Source: Acidobacteriota bacterium (GTDB taxonomy: Bacteria > Acidobacteriota > UBA4820 > DSQY01). From it: a DNA stretch of 30,731 bases. The translations under genes and the position numbers were made by a program. The notes under the pieces were generated by a model. That model did no database searches and was not told the origin of the DNA. It saw nothing but the letters and a program-made list of their open reading frames with translations. The stretch covers positions 1-30,731 of the forward strand of contig JBMFSH010000031.1 of assembly GCA_049967655.1 (NCBI GenBank), given 5' to 3'. Position 1 is the stretch's first letter. Each line of letters starts with the position of its first letter. Shown in pieces: positions 16,782 through 24,263 of this stretch.

Positions 16782-18901
16782 GTTCTCGAGGGGGGCGCAC
16801 CGGGTGATGGTCTCTCCCGCGTCCTCAGACAGGGCGGGGCCAATCGGGAGGCAGCCTGCTGGGCCGCCTTCCCTCCCTGGACCATCGCGAGCCGCTCCGC
16901 CTGAGCCTGGGCCCTCATCGCCTCCTCCCGCTGTCCCAGTGCACACCGTGCGGCGGCGAGGGTGGAGAAGGCCGGCCAGCTTCCCGGCTCGGCCCGAATG
17001 ACGCTTTCCACTACGGCGAGCGCCTTCTCGGCGATGGGCCGAGGAATGTCGGGGGGCGCCAGCATCAGGGCCGCCACCTCCCGCCACACGGCAGGGCCAC
17101 CCAGGTGGAGGGCTCTCTCGAAAAACTCCAGAGCCTGCTCCGGGCGGCCAAGCACCTCCAGCGTAAGGCCCACATTGGCCTGCACCAGCCAATCCCCGGG
17201 AAAGAGGCCTTCCGCTTTGCGAAGAACCGCGAGGGCCTGCTCCGGATGACCGCCGTCTCGAAGAGCGCTCGCCAGCGTGATGGGCGCCTCCACCATGTAC
17301 GGCTGACGCTCCCAGGCCCTCTGAAGGAAGGGGACAGCTTCGGCGGAGCGGTGCTCCACGGCCAAGAGCCGCCCCAACCCATAGAGAGCCAGCCCCTCAC
17401 TGGCGCCACCGGTGCGGAGGGCCTCGCGATAACAGGCCTCGGCTGGGCCGTACTGCCCCTCCCGCACTAGGACGTCGCCCAGGTTCACCCTCGTGTAACC
17501 GATACCCGGCGCGATCGCTACCGCATTTTCGAGGGCCTTCTGCGCCAGGGTGAGCTGGCCCTTCTCCATATAAGCGTGGCCTAGCACGGCCCAGGCCACA
17601 TAGTTGCCCTTCGGGTAGAGGGCCAGTGACCGTCCGAAGAGCTCTTCGTCGCTCCGCCAGCTCCGCACTTGGTACCAGGTCAGGAGGGTCAGACAGAGCA
17701 CCAGCGCCGTGAAGGCGCCCTTCAGCCACAAGGGCCTGAAGTGAAGCTGCTCCGTCCCGTCGCACACGCCCCAAACGAGGGCGGCGAAGGGGCCCAACAG
17801 AGTGAAGTAGGTGTAGCGGTCGGCGTAGGCCTGGAGGGAGCCCACCTGGAGGAGCCCGATGACGGGCAGGAGGGTCACTAGGAAGAACAGGGTGCCGATG
17901 AGCAGGTAAGGGGCCCGCGCCCGCAACCGGACCCCCAGCCAGAGCAGAAGGATTAGCAGAAGCGCCGAACCGGCCGCCAAGCCCCACGGTACACGGCCTG
18001 GGTAAGGGTAATAGACGGAAAGCCCAGCCGGCACAAAGGTCTTAGCCAGATACTGGCCGTAAGCATCACAGGCATTCCCGATCCGCCAGGGCAGAGGCAG
18101 AGCCGCGAGCGACGTGAGAGTTCCGCCTTCACGGTTGGCCACCACGGTCAAGATGGAAAAGGCGAGGCTCACCCCGAACCACGGGAGCTTCTCCTTCACA
18201 AGCGGCCAGACCGTCGTCCAGTGGGAAACCCATGGGGAGCGGATCCCTTGGGATGCACCGTTGCCCGCGCCTCCCCACTTCCAGCGTTCCAGGGGCCAGG
18301 CGTCCGCCAGCAGGAACACCACCGGAAGAGTCACCGCCATCGGTTTAGCCAAGAGGGCGCACATGAAGAGGAAACTTACGGCCAAGTAGCCTCCCGGGCT
18401 CCGTCGGCGCGCGTACACTCCGTAGGCCAGCAGGGCCAGCAGGGTGAAGAGCGTGCAGAGCAGCTCCTTGCGCTCGGCGATCCAGACCACGGCTTCCACG
18501 TGCAGCGGGTGGAGAGCGAAGAGTGCCGCCACGGCGGCACTTCGTCCCGGCTCGTGCGTGGCCAAGCGGAACGAGAGATAGACGAGGACGATACAGAGGA
18601 GGTGCAGGATCAGGTTGGTGAGGTGATGGCCGCCCGCCCATTGGCCGTAAAGCTGGGCATCGGCCATGTGGGAAAGAAGCGTGAGAGGATAGTAGAGATG
18701 GAAGTGCAGATGTGTGAAGGCGTAGCGGAGGTTTGCCCAGGAGAGGCCGTGGCTCATGGCCGTATCGGGGCCGACGTAGTAGGCGTCGTCGTAGCCGGTG
18801 AAGGGGAAGCGGACCACCTGACCGTAAGCGGCGAGCGTCAGCAGGAGGATCAACGCGAGCCATCCCGCCTCCCGCCAGCGTTCCCACGCGCGCTCCCTCA
18901 T
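16763..18901 (-). CDS. TMTC-like membrane glycosyltransferase with TPRs, copy 2
   Basis: FTGYDDAYYV, YYPLTLLSHMAD, HPLHVEAVVWIAERKE, VGSLQAYADRYTY, TPR tail. The stop codon falls inside the heptamer run. Confidence 0.82.
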   Translation of the reverse strand: MRERAWERWREAGWLALILLLTLAAYGQVVRFPFTGYDDAYYVGPDTAMSHGLSWANLRYAFTHLHFHLYYPLTLLSHMADAQLYGQWAGGHHLTNLILHLLCIVLVYLSFRLATHEPGRSAAVAALFALHPLHVEAVVWIAERKELLCTLFTLLALLAYGVYARRRSPGGYLAVSFLFMCALLAKPMAVTLPVVFLLADAWPLERWKWGGAGNGASQGIRSPWVSHWTTVWPLVKEKLPWFGVSLAFSILTVVANREGGTLTSLAALPLPWRIGNACDAYGQYLAKTFVPAGLSVYYPYPGRVPWGLAAGSALLLILLLWLGVRLRARAPYLLIGTLFFLVTLLPVIGLLQVGSLQAYADRYTYFTLLGPFAALVWGVCDGTEQLHFRPLWLKGAFTALVLCLTLLTWYQVRSWRSDEELFGRSLALYPKGNYVAWAVLGHAYMEKGQLTLAQKALENAVAIAPGIGYTRVNLGDVLVREGQYGPAEACYREALRTGGASEGLALYGLGRLLAVEHRSAEAVPFLQRAWERQPYMVEAPITLASALRDGGHPEQALAVLRKAEGLFPGDWLVQANVGLTLEVLGRPEQALEFFERALHLGGPAVWREVAALMLAPPDIPRPIAEKALAVVESVIRAEPGSWPAFSTLAAARCALGQREEAMRAQAQAERLAMVQGGKAAQQAASRLAPPCLRTRERPSPGAPPSRTVESGG

Positions 18902-18972
18902 GCCTCAGCTCCTCGCCCATCGTTGCAGGAGGGGCCTTCCAGCGCCGACAGCCCTTGACTGCGGCCCTTGGC

Positions 18973-19235
18973 GATCGGCCTCTTGCCTAGAGCCGCCCCT
19001 GGCAGCCTGAAGCGTCATTGTACAATGCCGCCCCGTGTTTGGCCGCCGCACCTCGCCGCCCCTTCTTTGGCCGTCATCCTGGCAAGCAAAGCGCGCCCAG
19101 GATCGCACCGGTGTTGGGCGAAGGGCAGGACTCCTTGGAAGGATATGAGGAGTAAGGAATGAGGAGAAAAAGGCCACCGCGGCCGGGGGCGGCCGCGCCA
19201 CATCGGCCGCTTCCCTCTCCACCCTTCACCCTCCA
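18973..19235. repeat. About 260-bp direct repeat copy B
   Basis: Matches 16482-16744. Minus-strand TACAAT at 19017-19022. Confidence 0.92.
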
Positions 19236-19289
19236 GCGCCTCCCCGGCCTCGGGCGTCTGAGTCGCGATACCGGGGGCACGGCCCTCGC

Positions 19290-20882
19290 CTAGGGGGACC
19301 GCTGATACACCGCGCCACCGGCGATCACCCCGATCCTCCGGTACCGGCTCTTGATCACCGCGGCCACGGGGGAGCGCGGGTCCAGGTAGTCCTTTTCCAT
19401 GGCCTCGGGCATCAGCACGAATCGCGGCCGGTTCTCGGTGATCTGCGCCGCGGCGATCTCGTGGTCGCGCAGATCGTTGTAGTCCTTGTCGAGCGGCTGG
19501 AAGTAGGTGTAGCCGATGCCGGCGGGCGCCGTGTAGAGGTAGACCTCCCCGCCCTCGGGGAGGGCCACCAGCGTGTCCCCCGGATGCAGGAGGCCGGGGG
19601 CCCTCAGGTACCGGTTGATGGGGGCCTCCTTGAGGGTCCGGTCGGCGTCCGTGAACTCCCAGGCCGCGGGCCGGTAGAACCACCACCCCCTCAGCGCGTA
19701 GGCCGCCCCGGCCGCCAGGAGCACGACCGCGGCGGCGACGACCGCCCGGCGCGCCCCGGGCGAAGGCCCCTCCCGCCCCATCCACGCGAGCCAGAGCAGA
19801 CCGAGGGGACCGAGGGCGAAGACCAGGTGCAGCCAGTTCGCGTTGCCCCTCAGCAAAAGCCCCAGCCCGAGGAAGGTCACGGCGACGGCCGCGGCTTCCC
19901 AGGGGCTCCCCATGCGGTGCCGGCGGAGCCATGCCGCGAACCGGGCGAAGGCCCACGCGACGAGGGCGGCGAAGGCGGCCAGGAGCATGCCGTAGAGAAG
20001 GAACCCCGAGAGGCTCGTCACCGCTTGGCCCACGCTGGGCCGCTGGAGCCAGTGGCTCCACAGGTCCCCCAGTCGCCAGGGCACGTCCTGAAAGGGGAAG
20101 TGGGCGTTCTCGTTGTCCAGTCGGCTGTAGTTGTGCATGGGCCAGCGCACCACGTCGCGCCAGAAGGCCCCAAGGCCGCCCAGCCAGGCCATCGCGCCCA
20201 GGAACGGCAGCCAGATGAGCGAAAAGCCCGCCGCGAAGGCCGCCCCCTTGCGCGCCTTGGCTTCGGGCTCCAGGGCCCACAGAATACCCGCCGAGAGCAG
20301 GGCCAGGACCCCCTGGGGCTGGAGGGCGAAGGCCGCCAGACCCGCGAGAAGCCCCGCCGCCGCCCAGCCTCGGGTGCCGAGGCCGCCCGGTCTCGCCAGG
20401 AGCGCCCATGCGCCGATCAGGAAGGCGTTGGCCAGCCACTGGTGGGAGGGAATGGGCCAGAAGGCGTAGAGGGCCACGGGGTAGAGGGCGGCCATCAGCC
20501 AGGCGGTGCGGGCGCTCCAGCCGCTCCGCTTCAGCAGCAGGGCGGCGGCCCACGCCGTCACCAGAATCAGCACAAGGCTCGCGTAGCGCCCCCGCGTCAG
20601 CGGATGGTCGCCCCCCGAGCCCACGACGGGCGCCAGCCACAGGAAGACGCCCGGCGGGGTAAAGTTGAAGAAGTCCCGGTAGGGCACCTCCCCCGCCGCC
20701 ACCCGGCGGGCATCGTAGTCAACGATGCACTCGTCCCACTTGGGCGGGTTGAAGACGGGGCTGATCAGGCTGAGGAGCACCGCCCCCACGACCAGGGCGA
20801 GGAGGGCGCCGCCGAGCCAGTCCGAGAGTCTCCACCGCGGCGCGCCTGCCGCCGCGACCGTGCCCTGTCCTCCTGAATGCAT
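19290..20882 (-). CDS. ArnT/PMT-like GT-C membrane protein (family A, copy 2)
   Basis: PPKWDECIVDYDARRVAAGEVPYRDFFNFTPPG, FWPIPSHQW, PGDTLVALPEGGEVYLY. GGAGGTG RBS. Confidence 0.72.
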   Translation of the reverse strand: MHSGGQGTVAAAGAPRWRLSDWLGGALLALVVGAVLLSLISPVFNPPKWDECIVDYDARRVAAGEVPYRDFFNFTPPGVFLWLAPVVGSGGDHPLTRGRYASLVLILVTAWAAALLLKRSGWSARTAWLMAALYPVALYAFWPIPSHQWLANAFLIGAWALLARPGGLGTRGWAAAGLLAGLAAFALQPQGVLALLSAGILWALEPEAKARKGAAFAAGFSLIWLPFLGAMAWLGGLGAFWRDVVRWPMHNYSRLDNENAHFPFQDVPWRLGDLWSHWLQRPSVGQAVTSLSGFLLYGMLLAAFAALVAWAFARFAAWLRRHRMGSPWEAAAVAVTFLGLGLLLRGNANWLHLVFALGPLGLLWLAWMGREGPSPGARRAVVAAAVVLLAAGAAYALRGWWFYRPAAWEFTDADRTLKEAPINRYLRAPGLLHPGDTLVALPEGGEVYLYTAPAGIGYTYFQPLDKDYNDLRDHEIAAAQITENRPRFVLMPEAMEKDYLDPRSPVAAVIKSRYRRIGVIAGGAVYQRSP

Positions 20883-20971
20883 GGCCGTCTCTCACCTCCC
20901 GGCGCAGGGCCGGGCGACCCGCGATCGCCCCACCGCCATTGTACTCCGTGGGGCGGGCGGCCTTTCCTACG

Positions 20972-21005
20972 GTCATCCTGGCAAGCGAAGCGCGTCCAGG
21001 ATCGC
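20972..21005. repeat. GTCAT-type palindromic repeat
   Basis: GTCATCCTGGCAAGCGAAGCGCGTCCAGGATCGC, as at 6712, 16582 and 19073. Confidence 0.8.
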
Positions 21006-21025
21006 GGCCGCAGCCCTTCGCTGGA

Positions 21026-22618
21026 TCACCGGCTCCCGTCTTCCCGGAAGATCACCGTGTCGCCCACCGTGGCGAAGGGGCGGTAGTGCTCCCGGATCAC
21101 CGAAGCCAGCGGGCAATCGGGGGCCAGGTACCGAGCCACCGTATCGGTCGTCATGATGATGCAACGAGGTCGGTTGTCGAGGATCTGCCGTGCCGCGTTC
21201 TCGTAGTCCTTGCGTCCGTAGTACCGCTCGTTGGGTGGATAGAGCAGGGTATAGCCCACCGCCGCAGGACGGACGTAGAGATAGACCTCGCCGCCTTCGG
21301 GAAAGGCCGCGACGGTATCACCGGGAAGCAGCCAAGGTTGGGCGCGCAGATACTGGTTCACCGGCGCCTCGCGGACGGGACGGCCGACATCGATGAACTG
21401 CCACAGAGCGGGGCTCCGGAAAAGCATCCAGGCAGCGCCCAGGCTGACGCCGCCGGCCACGAGCAGCCCGACTGCCCAACCTCCCGCCACTCTCCATGCC
21501 CGGGAAGGCCCTGCCACGGGGGGCCACAGGAGGAGCCAAGGGGGGCCGATCCTTCCCATGGCGTAGACGAGGTGCAGCCAGTCCGGCTTGCCCATGAGGA
21601 AGAGGCTTCCATCCACCACGGTGAGCGCAAGAACCGCCGTGGCCAGGGGCGAGGGGAAGCGCCTCCCGCGCAGGGTTCGGACCAGGTAGCGAATCGACAC
21701 GAAGGCGATCCCGCCCGCGGCGGCCAGGACCCCTGCATAGACCAGCGTTCCAGCGGAAGAGAGCGGCACCCATAACCACGCGGACGTCCCCTTGGGGGCC
21801 TCCCACAGGGCGGCCAGCCGCGCCGGAAGGTCCTGAAGAAGCGGCACGGCGTTGGGGCCGGCGGCCGCCCGGTAATGGCCGGCCGTCCAGGCAAAGAGGT
21901 CCCGAAAGAGGTCCTCCAGCGCCCCCCGGCTCCAGAACCAGCCCAGAACGGGCGCCACCACCGCCGCAGCCCCCGCACCGCCCCAGAGCATCGAGCGGAC
22001 CTTGGCGCGCCCCTTCGGTCCCAGAAGCCAAAAGACGCCCCACAGAGAGGCCAGGTCAGCGGCGGCGGTCTGCAAGAAAAGAAAGGCGAAGCCCCACGAG
22101 AGGCCCAGCCAGAGCCACCCGAATCGCTCCTTGACGTTCCCCCGTTCGAAATCGTAGGCCTCGAAGGAGCCCAGCACGCAGAGGTTGGCAAACCAGTGGT
22201 GGGAAGGGATGGGCCAGAAGGTATAGAGGAGCAGGGGGTAGAGACTGGCCACGGCGAGGGAGGCGTGGCGTGGCCACCCGGCCCGCCGGAGCGAGCGCGC
22301 GAGCCACAGCCACGAGACCAGCGCCGTCAGGGCGGCGAGGTATCGCCCCCAGGTGAGGGAGGCGCGGCCCACGAAAAGCCGGAACCAACCGGCGAGAAGG
22401 AAGAGGTCGCCGGGCGGCGTGAACTGGAAAAAGTCGCGGTAGGGCACCTGTCCCGACAGGACCCTCTGGGCGTCGTACACGTAGATGCACTCGTCCCACT
22501 TGGGGGTGTTGACCACGGGGCTGATCTTGGCCACCAGCACGAGGAGGACGGCCAGCGTCACGAGCAGGCCCACCGTCCTGGCACCCCGGCTCCTTCGCTG
22601 GGCAGGGCTCGCGTTCAC
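21026..22618 (-). CDS. ArnT/PMT-like GT-C membrane protein (family A, copy 3)
   Basis: TPKWDECIYVYDAQRVLSGQVPYRDFFQFTPPG, FWPIPSHHW, PGDTVAAFPEGGEVYLY. GTG start with GAGGAG RBS. Confidence 0.72.
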   Translation of the reverse strand: MNASPAQRRSRGARTVGLLVTLAVLLVLVAKISPVVNTPKWDECIYVYDAQRVLSGQVPYRDFFQFTPPGDLFLLAGWFRLFVGRASLTWGRYLAALTALVSWLWLARSLRRAGWPRHASLAVASLYPLLLYTFWPIPSHHWFANLCVLGSFEAYDFERGNVKERFGWLWLGLSWGFAFLFLQTAAADLASLWGVFWLLGPKGRAKVRSMLWGGAGAAAVVAPVLGWFWSRGALEDLFRDLFAWTAGHYRAAAGPNAVPLLQDLPARLAALWEAPKGTSAWLWVPLSSAGTLVYAGVLAAAGGIAFVSIRYLVRTLRGRRFPSPLATAVLALTVVDGSLFLMGKPDWLHLVYAMGRIGPPWLLLWPPVAGPSRAWRVAGGWAVGLLVAGGVSLGAAWMLFRSPALWQFIDVGRPVREAPVNQYLRAQPWLLPGDTVAAFPEGGEVYLYVRPAAVGYTLLYPPNERYYGRKDYENAARQILDNRPRCIIMTTDTVARYLAPDCPLASVIREHYRPFATVGDTVIFREDGSR

Positions 22619-22646
22619 GGACCGCTCCTCCCGCCGCCGCCAGCCC

Positions 22647-24263
22647 TCATGGCTCGGCCTCCGGGGAGGGGGGGCTCTGCCCAGCCCCGTGAGGCGCTAC
22701 GAGATCCCGCCGTAGGTAGAGGGTCACCGCCGGGGTCTGGTTCCACGGGACGTAGTCTTTCCGGATGACGCCCGACAGCGGATCGCTGGGCGCCAGAAAC
22801 CGCTGTTCCGTGATTCGGTCGATGATGATCAGCTTGGGCCGCCTCGCCTCGATCTCCTCGGCTGCACGGCGGTGGTCGGCCTTCGTATACTGTCCTTGGT
22901 CGAGCGTGAAAAGCTCGGTGTAACCGATAGCCGCCGGGAAGGAGTAGAGATAATCGCTGCCACCAACAGGTAGCACCACGATGGTGTCGCCCTTGTGCAT
23001 AAAGGGCATGGCCCGCAGCGACCGGATGAGAGGGGCCTCCCGGTCCACCCGGTCCACATCGAAAAAGTCCCACGCCCGGTGCCGCGCCCCCCAATAGCCG
23101 CGCGTGAAGAAGAGGATGCCGCAGGCTAGAACCGCCAGGAGCAATGCCGCGCAGGCCCGGTGGAAAGCCCGGCAGCCCGTGTCCGAGAGCACGAGCGCCC
23201 ACAGAATAAAAATGGGGGTGGCGGCGTAGATGATGTGCACCCACGTCGGGTTGACGTGGGCATAGATCCCCACGCTGGCCAGCGTCAAGATGGAGGCCGT
23301 GGTGAGGCCTGGTTCCAGGGCTTGCTTCTGGCACACCGCCCTCCCGAGGTAGTACAAGGAGTAAAGAGAGGCGGCGGCCAAGCTCCCCAACAGGGCGAGA
23401 TAGAGAAGGGTTCCAGCAGCCGCCGAACACAGCCAGGCCAAAGAGCCCACGCCCGGGGGGTGGTTCCACAAGAGAGCCAAACGCCCTGGGAGATCCCAAA
23501 GAAAAGATCGGTCCACGAGGTTGCCGGGCTTGCGGTAGTTGGCCAGCGGCCAAAGGAGGGCATCGCGGATGAAGGCCCGGCCCGCTCCCAGCAGGAAGAG
23601 GGGGCCGATCCAGAGAAGGGCGGCTACGCCCATCCCCGCCGCCGTCAGCACCGCTCTCTTCCCGGCGTCGGCCAGAGTGCTGCTCGTCCCAAGCACCGTA
23701 AAGAGGAGCAGGATCAGCGCTAAGAGCCCCTCCGTCTGCATGAAGCAGACTACGGTCCCGGCCAGGGCGCCGAGCCCCACCCAGCCCCACCGGTTTTGCG
23801 GAGTCTTCATGAGGGTTAGGGCGGCCATGATGGAGGCCCCATAGAGCAGCGCGGCCATCCAGTGGTTGCCCATGAAGGGGGCCATGGGGAAGAGGACCAG
23901 GGGGAGAACCGACGCCAGGAGCAGGTTCCAAGGCCGCTTCTCGCGCAGCAGGGAGGCGAGCACCAGGGTCTCCGCCAGGACCAGCAGCACCTGGAGGTAG
24001 CGCGTTCCCGTCAAAGGCCTTCCCCACCAGCCCCAGGGGCCGCCCGACAAGGGATAAAGGGTACCGGGCATCCACATGCTGAAGAAGTCCCGGTAGGGCA
24101 CCTCCCCCTCGACGAGGCGGTGGGCGTCGTAGACCACCATGCACTCGTCCTCCGTCACCCGGTTCACGCGGGGGCTGACCTGCAGGATGAGAAAGAGGGT
24201 CAGGAATAGGGTGATGAGCCCAGGCAAGAGCCAGCGAGATATACTCGATTGGTCACCCCGCAT
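22647..24263 (-). CDS. ArnT/PMT-like GT-C membrane protein (family A, copy 4, most divergent)
   Basis: Start MRGDQSS (24263) overlaps the upstream stop. VTEDECMVVYDAHRLVEGEVPYRDFFSMWMPG, MGNHW, KGDTIVVLPVGGSDYLY. Confidence 0.72.
   Translation of the reverse strand: MRGDQSSISRWLLPGLITLFLTLFLILQVSPRVNRVTEDECMVVYDAHRLVEGEVPYRDFFSMWMPGTLYPLSGGPWGWWGRPLTGTRYLQVLLVLAETLVLASLLREKRPWNLLLASVLPLVLFPMAPFMGNHWMAALLYGASIMAALTLMKTPQNRWGWVGLGALAGTVVCFMQTEGLLALILLLFTVLGTSSTLADAGKRAVLTAAGMGVAALLWIGPLFLLGAGRAFIRDALLWPLANYRKPGNLVDRSFLWDLPGRLALLWNHPPGVGSLAWLCSAAAGTLLYLALLGSLAAASLYSLYYLGRAVCQKQALEPGLTTASILTLASVGIYAHVNPTWVHIIYAATPIFILWALVLSDTGCRAFHRACAALLLAVLACGILFFTRGYWGARHRAWDFFDVDRVDREAPLIRSLRAMPFMHKGDTIVVLPVGGSDYLYSFPAAIGYTELFTLDQGQYTKADHRRAAEEIEARRPKLIIIDRITEQRFLAPSDPLSGVIRKDYVPWNQTPAVTLYLRRDLVAPHGAGQSPPSPEAEP

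Noticed and set aside
16482..19235. Composite transposon or IS ends; DGR template/variable repeat pair
   Set aside because: No transposase or reverse transcriptase, no terminal inverted repeats, both copies are non-coding, and the mismatches are not adenine-specific.
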